Origin: a virus
Reading direction: 5' to 3' (one strand)
Virus record (IMG/VR): IMGVR_UViG_3300045988_175377
DNA length: 64,000 nucleotides
Below the pieces are notes generated by a model. The model had not been told where the DNA came from and ran no database searches. It worked only from the letters and a program-made list of their open reading frames with translations. The position numbers were made by a program, and so were the translations under genes. Numbering within the stretch: the first letter of the stretch is position 1; the number at the start of each line of letters is the position of its first letter. Shown here piece by piece: positions 9,151 to 16,626 of the stretch.

Positions 9151-9300
9151 GTTGGCTTTGAATACCGGGAACTCGTCGGTTTCACCAGCCTCGCTCCAAT
9201 TGTCCCACCACTCTTTCGGGATTCGGACTTTCCAACCGTCCTTTAGCTTCGTCCAAATCGGACGGGGTTCGGTCTTGGCGTCTTCGATAGTTTCACTCAT
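9106..9300 (-). CDS. hypothetical protein (64 aa, MSETIEDAK...)
   Basis: Start 12 nt after the upstream stop; the C-terminus abuts the IS right end and may be altered by the insertion. Confidence 0.35.
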   Translation of the reverse strand: MSETIEDAKTEPRPIWTKLKDGWKVRIPKEWWDNWSEAGETDEFPVFKANGEVSHVNILTSSRD

Positions 9301-9311
9301 TTTTTGTCCTT

Positions 9312-9689
9312 TCAGCGAGTGTATCCGATTTTCCTCAGCACATGGTCTTCGGGGTCGGAGAGATGCTTGATGACCTCTTCCGGCGTAAGGCTGATTCTCT
9401 TCGTGTGGAGCAGGGGTTGGAACGAGCAAGTGCGGAGGAACTTCGTGACCACGCCGTCTCTGCTCATGCGGGAGGGAATCTTCTGGTTTCGATACTGGCG
9501 GTAGGTGAAGCGGAGCCAACGAATCGCCTGTTTCGAATCGATGGTCTTCACATGGGGATTATCAGCGTAGGCTTTCACCCAGTTATTGCGTTCGGTGGCG
9601 CTGTGGAAAATCTGGATTAGTGGAATGTTGTTGTCAGGGTCGAGCTTCTGGTTGGGATGGTTGACTATGGCGGCGTAGTAGGTGTTCAT
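9312..9689 (-). CDS. hypothetical protein (~125 aa, MNTYYAAIV...)
   Basis: Real start after motif copy 6 and an AAAAGGAGC RBS. Confidence 0.4.
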   Translation of the reverse strand: MNTYYAAIVNHPNQKLDPDNNIPLIQIFHSATERNNWVKAYADNPHVKTIDSKQAIRWLRFTYRQYRNQKIPSRMSRDGVVTKFLRTCSFQPLLHTKRISLTPEEVIKHLSDPEDHVLRKIGYTR

Positions 9690-9711
9690 GGGTTGCTCCT
9701 TTTGTAGACCA

Positions 9712-9741
9712 AGTTTTTGTGTGAACAATCCCAGTATATAT
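9712..9741 (-). promoter_or_regulatory. conserved promoter/leader motif, copy 6
   Basis: ATATATACTGGGATTGTTCACACAAAAAC. Confidence 0.6.
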
Positions 9742-10150
9742 TCAAGAATAGCAATCACGCAAGTCGGCACGTCAAAACAAACTACCCAATCACACAAAAA
9801 CCAGCAAGCCTATCAATGCAATAATCGACAGATAGGCCAGAACCATAAGAGACAATCCAACCCGCAGACCCCATCCCCAAGCCAATACGCGAGAATCGTT
9901 CTCCCTACCGACCTCTTCCATTTTGCGGCTCCAAGCCTGAACCTTATCGGTCAACTCGTTCTGCGTGAGCCAATTGCCGTCACGGTCGAACGGGCTAGGC
10001 TGATACGGCAGGTAGAAGAATCCCCTCCATATCCAATGGTGGCAATGCCGGATACGGTGGAATATTATGCCGCCAGATTTGCGCGGAACGGCGCAACCCC
10101 ATACGGAACGCCGGATTACGCACCGTGTCCAATAAACCCATTTTCTACTC

Positions 10151-10561
10151 CTATCGAAAAGTTAACGGCTCTTCGCCTATCCTCACAAGCAACTCGTTCA
10201 GTTCAGGTATGAGAATATCCGTTCCAAGCGCTTCAACATCATGTTTGGTGAGGTAGAACACTTGCCCGTCCTTGTAACGCAACATGCCGTCAGTGTCGAA
10301 CGATAGGCTTTCGAACATGGTTTCGACCATATCCCAGAACAGGCTTCCGAACTGCTCTTTAGTCCGTTCGTCATGCAGAACCGTGTACACCGCGCGGGAA
10401 TACTGTTCACCGCGTTTCAAATCCTTGTTCAGGCAACGTTCGCAACGATGGCATCCGTCCAAGTCTTTCATGCAGTCGGAGCATAACGGTCGGGAGCATT
10501 CGGGGCAGAGGATAGTCCACTTGTTTGTTTTGCAGATTGCGCAGATTCCGTTGTTCAGCAC
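10151..10561 (-). CDS. hypothetical Cys-rich zinc-finger protein (136 aa, GTG start)
   Basis: CAICK...CPECSRPLCSDC...CHRCERC motif pairs; RBS AAGGAG 8 nt before GTG; degenerate motif-like promoter at 10575-10611 (TTAATCTGGAAGCAATCACACCCAC). Confidence 0.4.
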   Translation of the reverse strand: MLNNGICAICKTNKWTILCPECSRPLCSDCMKDLDGCHRCERCLNKDLKRGEQYSRAVYTVLHDERTKEQFGSLFWDMVETMFESLSFDTDGMLRYKDGQVFYLTKHDVEALGTDILIPELNELLVRIGEEPLTFR

Positions 10562-10611
10562 GTCGAATGCTCCTTACCGTAGTGGGTGTGATTGCTTCCA
10601 GATTAACTCAA

Positions 10612-11334
10612 TCAGTCCAACGGTTTGCCGCGTCCGACAATCTTCTTACCGTCCGCGTTCCGCAACCATGCCAAGCCGTGACCATAGGAAACAACACCAG
10701 CTTTGACGGTCGGATTCTGCTGGAACGTGTAATAAACTTCCACCAGTCCGCCGCCACCGTTCGCTTGCAGAATACGAATCCTGTAATCCTTTTCCACGGC
10801 TTTGACGGCCATATCCCGTTCGAGTTCATCAAACCAACCGTAAAGTGGGAGCATGGCGAAAGCGGCTAATACTCCTACGGTGATGAACCGCCAATATGTT
10901 TTGGCCCCTACCAGTAGGGCGATTACCGCCACGAGAACGCCGATGATGGCGATTCCGGCCACGAGCTGGCGCCAATTGCCGTTGCAATCGTATTCGACGG
11001 GAGCATAGGGATTGGTGAGGGTCGGCGCGGATTTGACGGGTTTTGACTGTTTGTGTGGGATGGTCGGCCTGTAGGTCTTCGGCTCTTTCGTGGACACGGT
11101 TTCGGTCTTTGCTTTAGGTTCCGTCTTGACTGTAGGGTCGTTCTTCGGTTCGACGGGCTTAGGAACGTTCTTCTTTTCAGCTTCCACGGGCGGTGCCGGT
11201 GGTTTCAACATTTTCCGTTCCGTCTCTTTGACCACTCTTTGAAGTTCGATGGTGGTGGACGAGTCGGGTTCGTCCATCGGTTCCTGACCTAACATCATGA
11301 GGTCGTTTTCCAGCGAGACATCCCGTTCTTTCAT
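10612..11334 (-). CDS. membrane protein with Pro/Lys-rich linker
   Basis: PPAPPVEAEKKNVPKPVEPK repeats and two hydrophobic helices (LVAGIAIIGVLVAVIALLV; ITVGVLAAFAMLPLYGW). Confidence 0.45.
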   Translation of the reverse strand: MKERDVSLENDLMMLGQEPMDEPDSSTTIELQRVVKETERKMLKPPAPPVEAEKKNVPKPVEPKNDPTVKTEPKAKTETVSTKEPKTYRPTIPHKQSKPVKSAPTLTNPYAPVEYDCNGNWRQLVAGIAIIGVLVAVIALLVGAKTYWRFITVGVLAAFAMLPLYGWFDELERDMAVKAVEKDYRIRILQANGGGGLVEVYYTFQQNPTVKAGVVSYGHGLAWLRNADGKKIVGRGKPLD

Positions 11335-11357
11335 ACAAGGCTTCCTTTCTTTTTTGT

Positions 11358-11390
11358 CGGATATGAGAGAGGGGAGAAGCGGTCTGGATG
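11358..11390 (-). terminator. rho-independent terminator-like hairpin
   Basis: GGGGAGAAGCG-N10-CGCTTCTCCCC perfect 11-bp stem followed by a T-containing run on the minus strand. Confidence 0.45.
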
Positions 11391-11419
11391 ACGCTTCTCC
11401 CCGAGGCTTTTAGCATAGG

Positions 11420-11716
11420 TCAGAGGATTCGGGTTCCCTTGCGGGTGACGAGCATGATTCTGTTTTCGTAGCGGTTCTCGAAAACGTCCCAGTTGCCGCT
11501 CAGGACAGCCAAGCACACATTGCCTTTGATGAGGTTCCAACGTTCGTCGCAGTTGGATACGACGTGCTTCCAGTTGATTGGATTGGGCTTGTGGTGGGAG
11601 GTTTCCACGATGGCTTCGGTCATAGGCCTGTCTGCGTAGGCGTGGTCGTAGGTGTTGTCACTCGCGACGATGCTGATGGTGCCGTTGTCGAATGCGATTG
11701 GCTGGATGGTGTTCAT
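11420..11716 (-). CDS. hypothetical protein (~98 aa)
   Basis: Start MNTIQPIAFD after motif copy 7. Confidence 0.4.
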   Translation of the reverse strand: MNTIQPIAFDNGTISIVASDNTYDHAYADRPMTEAIVETSHHKPNPINWKHVVSNCDERWNLIKGNVCLAVLSGNWDVFENRYENRIMLVTRKGTRIL

Positions 11717-11748
11717 GTTTTCTCCTTTTGTTGTTGTGAGGCCGAACC

Positions 11749-11782
11749 CTTTTTGTGTGGACATGACCACTATAACACATGG
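11749..11782 (-). promoter_or_regulatory. conserved promoter/leader motif, copy 7 (variant)
   Basis: TGtTATAGTGGTCATGTCCACACAAAAAGG. Confidence 0.55.
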
Positions 11783-11867
11783 TCTGAAATATCACAATAC
11801 GAAAAACAAAAAATGCCGACCAGCGCCTAGAAGCGGAAGACCAAGCCCTGCGCCCTGACGAAAGACC

Positions 11868-12017
11868 TCAGAGCCTTCGGGGGGGGTCGAGGATGGTTCC
11901 CCCGTGTTCGTGGGTATACTGTTCGGCGCTCTCAAGCGAAGTTAAGAGTGTGAGCTGGTCTTCGTATTCGACTGGCCACACCTGCTGTGTCTGCTGGTAG
12001 GCGTGTTCTATATACAT
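11868..12017 (-). CDS. hypothetical small protein (~49 aa)
   Basis: ATG 20 nt after motif copy 8 (MYIEHAYQQTQQVWPVEYED...); below the ORF-track size cutoff. Confidence 0.2.
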   Translation of the reverse strand: MYIEHAYQQTQQVWPVEYEDQLTLLTSLESAEQYTHEHGGTILDPPRRL

Positions 12018-12036
12018 GTTGTTCCCCTTTTTAAAT

Positions 12037-12069
12037 GGTTTTTGTGTGGACGATTCCAGTATACCACAG
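12037..12069 (-). promoter_or_regulatory. conserved promoter/leader motif, copy 8
   Basis: TGgTATACTGGAATCGTCCACACAAAAACC. Confidence 0.55.
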
Positions 12070-12142
12070 AGGGATAATGCAAAAATCCCTCACTGCACAG
12101 CCGCAAAAAGCTAAACCCGTCGAATCCAACGGGTTTAGAATC

Positions 12143-12481
12143 TCAGGGAATCAGCTGCCAAATCCGCCAGCCGACCAACCCCAACAGTACGAGCACCCCA
12201 ATCGCATACATCCACGTGCCCGCGTATCCGCCCGCGAGGAACGCGCTCATCCGACGTTTCCGTTGCTCCAGCAGTGCGTACCATTCGCTCTCGCAACGGT
12301 CGAACATGTCCGCGTCCATGCGGGTGCCTCCGTACATGTCGAGCCAATCGCGCACGGTCGGCATGGGACCCAACGGGTCACGCAGACGGGCGTGCGGTAT
12401 GAGGGCTATTTTCAACCCCTGCCACACGCCCTTGAGAAAGAACGCGGGTAGCCTGTCCCCGGTCATGACAGCTCCCCACAT
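12143..12481 (-). CDS. hypothetical C-terminally membrane-anchored protein
   Basis: C-terminal hydrophobic helix AGGYAGTWMYAIGVLVLLGLVGW. Confidence 0.35.
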   Translation of the reverse strand: MWGAVMTGDRLPAFFLKGVWQGLKIALIPHARLRDPLGPMPTVRDWLDMYGGTRMDADMFDRCESEWYALLEQRKRRMSAFLAGGYAGTWMYAIGVLVLLGLVGWRIWQLIP

Positions 12482-12547
12482 GGTTCGACGGTTTGCCTCA
12501 GCCCCCGTTCGACCAGTGCTCTCACCGCCGCGTTCCACGTGAGTTCG

Positions 12548-12805
12548 TTATCGTCGGCGTACTGCATGGTCAGCCGGTACAGGTCGGCGGGCAACATGAC
12601 CACACGGTTCACGTTCGGCATCGCGTTGCCTCCAGAACAGGTGGGCGAGCGAATCGGCGTCGATGTACCGGCGTCGTCCGATTTTGTAGGTGCGTATGCG
12701 ACCGGCCTTCAGCAGGTCGTACACGTGCTGGCGTGAGCAGGAGAGGTAGGCCATCGTGTCAGCTATAGTGAGGATGGCTGGCAGTTCCTTGGCTTTGGTT
12801 CTCAT
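12548..12805 (-). CDS. Xis/AlpA-type helix-turn-helix DNA-binding protein (excisionase family)
   Basis: LTIADTMAYLSCSRQHVYDLLKAGRIRTYKIGRRRYIDADSLAHL matches the HTH_17/MerR-like excisionase domain. Confidence 0.6.
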   Translation of the reverse strand: MRTKAKELPAILTIADTMAYLSCSRQHVYDLLKAGRIRTYKIGRRRYIDADSLAHLFWRQRDAEREPCGHVARRPVPADHAVRRR

Positions 12806-12822
12806 TGTCAAGTCCTCTTTCG

Positions 12823-13212
12823 TTAATACCGGCATTCGCAACCGGAATCCAAAAACTCGTGTTCGCCGTCGCTCCACAGCACGGCCTCTATGGTCGAAGG
12901 GTCGTTCAGGTCGATGAAAAACGCGGCAAGCTCGTCCGCCGACAAGCGGGAGAACTCCTCGCCCACGGCTTTATAGAATTCGTCCCAAGCGGCTTGGTCG
13001 GCGTCCGATTCCATGAGCGTGGAGAACCGTTCCGCCAGTTGCGTGGATGGGAGTATGGCATGGGAGAAGCCTTCATCCGTGATATCGAGCCATGCATTCA
13101 AGCACCTGTCGGCCAGTTCTCCGACCGGGAAGGTCAGCATTCTCGTGGCGGTGCCCGTCCACTTGGTTTTTTTTAGAAAACTGACTTCTACGGCCTTGGT
13201 CTTGTGTTCCAT
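12823..13212 (-). CDS. acidic ArdA-like (antirestriction-like) protein, paralog 1
   Basis: Acidic 129-aa protein; motifs ...GxWLDIxDxG near the N-terminus and W-x-D-x-x-x-C/E-x-x-x-Y/F at the C-terminus recall ArdA DNA-mimic proteins (comparison from memory only); paralog of 14048..14425. Confidence 0.35.
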   Translation of the reverse strand: MEHKTKAVEVSFLKKTKWTGTATRMLTFPVGELADRCLNAWLDITDEGFSHAILPSTQLAERFSTLMESDADQAAWDEFYKAVGEEFSRLSADELAAFFIDLNDPSTIEAVLWSDGEHEFLDSGCECRY

Positions 13213-13238
13213 GGTCTAACTCCTATTCAATGGCTTTC

Positions 13239-13269
13239 TGTTTTTGTGTGAACGATTCCAGTATACATG
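13239..13269 (-). promoter_or_regulatory. conserved promoter/leader motif, copy 9
   Basis: CATGTATACTGGAATCGTTCACACAAAAAC. Confidence 0.6.
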
Positions 13270-13327
13270 AATGCACAAGAACGTCAAACCAGCTTCCAGC
13301 CAAGCGCGTTTTCAATGCATTAAGGCG

Positions 13328-13543
13328 TCAAAGCGAACCATGTCCGCGTGTCCTCTCCAAGGCGAACTGATAGGCGACTTCATCCAGTTCCTTGGGTTCC
13401 AACCCGTCCAGCACGGCGAGTGCGAACCTCACACGCTCACGGTCATCGACCGGCAACCAGATGTCGTCGGCTCCCGCGACGACGTGAATGCCCATGCCGT
13501 CGTTGTCGCTGATGTAGTCGAATCCGGTGAACTTGACATTCAT
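13328..13543 (-). CDS. hypothetical protein (~71 aa)
   Basis: Start MNVKFTGFDY after motif copy 10 and an AAAAAAGGAGG RBS. Confidence 0.35.
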   Translation of the reverse strand: MNVKFTGFDYISDNDGMGIHVVAGADDIWLPVDDRERVRFALAVLDGLEPKELDEVAYQFALERTRGHGSL

Positions 13544-13605
13544 GCTTCCTCCTTTTTTCTCAGTCTTCCCCGTTGTCTGAACGATGCGACGTAATACGGT
13601 TCCAA

Positions 13606-13637
13606 TGTTTTGTGTGAACAATTCCAGTATAGCGCAC
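13606..13637 (-). promoter_or_regulatory. conserved promoter/leader motif, copy 10
   Basis: GCTATACTGGAATTGTTCACACAAAAC. Confidence 0.6.
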
Positions 13638-13713
13638 TTTGTAAAACAGGCAACACGGACACGTCAAAAAAACAAAAAGCCCCGCCAAAACGACGAGGCC
13701 ACAATCCTGAAAA

Positions 13714-13914
13714 CTAACGATTCATGCTCAAACGAACCTCAACCGCGACGGTCAGCAACACCACCGTAATGGCGCACACGGATACGATACCGAACGTGCG
13801 GCCAAACGTGAACAGCCAAGTGCCGAACGAGTAGATGCCGAACGCGACTGCGGTTGCCACCCCACCGAAAGCGATGGTGACAAGCGTCATAAGCAGAACA
13901 TCCTTGATATACAT
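13714..13914 (-). CDS. small two-TM membrane protein (66 aa)
   Basis: Two hydrophobic helices; start 16 nt after an AAAAGGAG RBS following motif copy 11. Confidence 0.4.
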   Translation of the reverse strand: MYIKDVLLMTLVTIAFGGVATAVAFGIYSFGTWLFTFGRTFGIVSVCAITVVLLTVAVEVRLSMNR

Positions 13915-13947
13915 TTTTTCTCCTTTTGGTGATGGGTTTTACGAACC

Positions 13948-13979
13948 CTTGTTTGTGTGAACAATTCCAGTATACATCA
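13948..13979 (-). promoter_or_regulatory. conserved promoter/leader motif, copy 11
   Basis: GATGTATACTGGAATTGTTCACACAAAC. Confidence 0.6.
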
Positions 13980-14047
13980 TGTTGGGTACGACACGCCAAA
14001 CAAAAAGCGCCCCACCCATCCAAGGGAGAGGCGCTAAAACCCGACGG

Positions 14048-14425
14048 TCAGAACTCATACTCGCAATCGGAATCGAGATACCATTTGTCGCCGTAACCCC
14101 AAAGAACACGACGGATGGTCGCAGGGTCGTTTAGCTCAACGAACTTGGACGCCAGTTCATCCACCGACTTGGCGGAAAAAGCCTTGCCGACGGAAGCGTA
14201 GAATTCATCCCATTCCGCCTGTTCGGCGTCGGAATCGACCAGCTCACGGAACCGTCCGGCAAGCTTCTCGTCCGGCAGTGTCGCTTCCGCAGAATTCGTG
14301 TCCTCTATATCCAACCAAGCGCCGAAACACTTGTCGGCCAACGATTTAACCGGAATGGTGAGGATGCTGGAATACGTGCCCTTCCAAGCGTTCTTCTTGA
14401 AGAAGCTAACGTCTCGTGCCTTCAT
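14048..14425 (-). CDS. acidic ArdA-like (antirestriction-like) protein, paralog 2
   Basis: MKARDVSFFKKNAWKG...CFGAWLDIEDTN...GDKWYLDSDCEYEF; paralog of 12823..13212. Confidence 0.35.
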   Translation of the reverse strand: MKARDVSFFKKNAWKGTYSSILTIPVKSLADKCFGAWLDIEDTNSAEATLPDEKLAGRFRELVDSDAEQAEWDEFYASVGKAFSAKSVDELASKFVELNDPATIRRVLWGYGDKWYLDSDCEYEF

Positions 14426-14439
14426 TTTCCCCGTTCCTC

Positions 14440-14934
14440 CTATTCTTCCTCGCCGTCCGCCTGACGGAGCGGAACGATACGGTTCCACTGTTCCTCATAC
14501 TCGTCCTCCGCGTCCTTGGAACCATTGTCCAGCAGTTTGTTCAACGTGGCTCGTCCTACGTCGCTGAGACGACTGATGCTGCGGAGAATGCTCGCCACGT
14601 CGTCGGCTTCGTATAGTTTATTGCGATTGTCCGACAGTTCTTGATACTTCGAGTCGGTGAGGTTCCAAACATAGTCTTCCAGCAGTTTCCAGTCTTCTTT
14701 TTCGGCAGAGGGTACTGGAATCGGCTTGGTGAGCCGCCAATCTTCGAGAATGTCCACCCAAAGGTCGGTCTTGACGTTGTATTCGCCAAGGTCTTCCTCG
14801 TGGGTGAGTTTTTCGATTCGTTGTTCTTCGCCGTTCTCGTCCAAGTAGTCTATTGTGAGATATTCACTATCCACTGACAAGGTGGAGAGTTCGCGTAGCT
14901 TGGTGATTTTGAGGTTGGTGATTGTGTTAATCAT
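14440..14934 (-). CDS. hypothetical acidic protein (~164 aa)
   Basis: Start MINTITNLKI after motif copy 12; no recognisable domain. Confidence 0.4.
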   Translation of the reverse strand: MINTITNLKITKLRELSTLSVDSEYLTIDYLDENGEEQRIEKLTHEEDLGEYNVKTDLWVDILEDWRLTKPIPVPSAEKEDWKLLEDYVWNLTDSKYQELSDNRNKLYEADDVASILRSISRLSDVGRATLNKLLDNGSKDAEDEYEEQWNRIVPLRQADGEEE

Positions 14935-14958
14935 TTTTGTTCCTCCTTGTTGGAATCT

Positions 14959-14990
14959 ATCTTTTGTGTGAACAATCCCAGTATACCATG
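14959..14990 (-). promoter_or_regulatory. conserved promoter/leader motif, copy 12
   Basis: CATGGTATACTGGGATTGTTCACACAAAAG. Confidence 0.6.
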
Positions 14991-15046
14991 TTTGTTGGGA
15001 AAACAAAAACAGCCCACTCCCCAAAACAAGGAAGCGGGCTGAAAAG

Positions 15047-15871
15047 TCAGGCATTCAGCAAAGCATGGGACGAAACACCCATTTCAGACAAACCCAAACC
15101 CACATTGTTCGCGTCACTCACACCACGAGCAAAACCATCCTTGCTACCACGAGCAGTGGCCGCACGACCCGGCACCAGCTCAAGCTTGTCAAAATACTCG
15201 TTCAGACGCTGACTCTTGCATGACACCAGCTCACGACCGGAAGGAATGGCGAGACTCTGCTTGCGAAGCTCCTCGAAACGTTCGCTCAAACGTTCGTTGA
15301 ATCCACCGCGATAACCATAATAGAACTTGGCGCGTGGATAATCACGACGCATGTACTGTTTGCATTCCGTCAGCGTCGGATAGGATTCACGTCCGTAATG
15401 CGTTTCGACGTATTCCTTGTTGTCCTCATAGTACGCTTTGGCGTGCTGGTCAATCATGTCCGCGTAGCTAGTGCGGGCGTGGACTGAGCAGTACAGGTCG
15501 ATGCTTTGGAAGAGAAGGACTGCGGCGTTCACATCGTCCTCCTCGCCTACGAACATGACGGCACGTTCCTTAATCCTTCCGCCACACCGGCTTTCGTGAA
15601 TGTAGGCGCGGCATTCGTTAGCTTGGGCGATGATGGTCGCAAGGTAGCCTTGCTGATGGTAGATGGTGGTTTTGCTTACGTTCACGCCACGTTCGATGAT
15701 TGGCTTGTTCGTGCGGGTGCGGTCGCGTTTCCAGTCTTCGATACGATATTCGTTGATGAGTTTCTGTGCCCGCTCGAACGCCATTTGCGCCTCATTGTCG
15801 CTGGAAGCTTCGTTTTCGGCTATTGCCATGAGGTTGTTGATGCGTTCGATGATGCTGTCGATGTTGCTCAT
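15047..15871 (-). CDS. DUF2786-like protein (plasmid/phage-associated)
   Basis: N-terminus SIIERINNLMAIAENEASSDNEAQMAFERAQKLINEY matches the DUF2786 signature (KIRKLLALAE...EAEAALLKAQELM pattern, from memory). Confidence 0.5.
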   Translation of the reverse strand: MSNIDSIIERINNLMAIAENEASSDNEAQMAFERAQKLINEYRIEDWKRDRTRTNKPIIERGVNVSKTTIYHQQGYLATIIAQANECRAYIHESRCGGRIKERAVMFVGEEDDVNAAVLLFQSIDLYCSVHARTSYADMIDQHAKAYYEDNKEYVETHYGRESYPTLTECKQYMRRDYPRAKFYYGYRGGFNERLSERFEELRKQSLAIPSGRELVSCKSQRLNEYFDKLELVPGRAATARGSKDGFARGVSDANNVGLGLSEMGVSSHALLNA

Positions 15872-15894
15872 TTCTTGCTCCTTGGTTTTTCTTT

Positions 15895-15925
15895 TATCTT
15901 TTGTGTGAACAATCCCAGTATACAG
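15895..15925 (-). promoter_or_regulatory. conserved promoter/leader motif, copy 13
   Basis: GCTGTATACTGGGATTGTTCACACAAAAG. Confidence 0.6.
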
Positions 15926-16024
15926 CGTGCGAAAAAACGACACACCCAAAAAACTATAAACAACCTCCGAAAAAACAAACCCCTCCAACCTATAAGGGAA
16001 GGAAGAGTACTGTTACAGAATCGC

Positions 16025-16339
16025 TCAGGCGTCCAAGTGGGAATGATGCAGAAGCCTACGAACATTGATATTGTGGACAAACCTATCCTGACCGACAATC
16101 CTCGAAGCAAACTCCCTATCGGTATATCCACCGTCGGAAACACCGTCCAAAACAGTCTCGGGAATATTGTCCAACATGTAATAGCTGACGCCGGTCTGAC
16201 TCTCGACATGCTCGAAAAGCATGTAGTAGACGCCCTCGGGGTCGTCTGTGAAACGACTCATGACATACGACTTGTCCTTGACTACGAAGATGTTGTAGTC
16301 CTCTGCGCCGAACTGCTTGAAGTATGCAGGCTTATTCAT
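16025..16339 (-). CDS. hypothetical protein (104 aa)
   Basis: Start MNKPAYFKQF after motif copy 14 and an AAGGAGAAAAAA RBS. Confidence 0.4.
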   Translation of the reverse strand: MNKPAYFKQFGAEDYNIFVVKDKSYVMSRFTDDPEGVYYMLFEHVESQTGVSYYMLDNIPETVLDGVSDGGYTDREFASRIVGQDRFVHNINVRRLLHHSHLDA

Positions 16340-16361
16340 TTTTTTCTCCTTGGTTTTTCAA

Positions 16362-16393
16362 CTTTTTTTATGTGAACGATTCCAGTATACTCC
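16362..16393 (-). promoter_or_regulatory. conserved promoter/leader motif, copy 14 (first/outermost of the array)
   Basis: GAGTATACTGGAATCGTTCACATAAAAAAAG. Confidence 0.6.
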
Positions 16394-16410
16394 AAGCGTG
16401 GAAACAATAC

Positions 16411-16450
16411 AAAAAAAGAGGGACGGAGACCAAAACGGAAACCGTCCCTC
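16411..16450 (-). terminator. rho-independent terminator (minus strand) insulating the array from rightward read-through
   Basis: Minus strand reads GAGGGACGG-N15-CCGTCCCTC followed by TTTTTTT; perfect 9-bp GC stem. Confidence 0.6.
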
Positions 16451-16626
16451 AATGCCTTTTAGAAAAGTGACCTTATCTCAAACAAGAATCTATTTTAAAC
16501 CACTTCCGTTTAGGCCGTCAACCTCTACTCTCGACAAAGCTGCCCATTATCGAACTTAACCCCTTGGTACATGCTTTTTTAAAGTATTATACTTATTATA
16601 ATTATTATAAAATCAAGGAAACAGAC

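Noticed and set aside
4412-16000. N-terminal extensions of several ORF-track proteins containing YTGIVHTK / VYWNCSHK peptides
   Set aside because: These peptides are alternative-frame translations of the conserved promoter/leader element; true starts are the ATG/GTG codons downstream of the element and its RBS.
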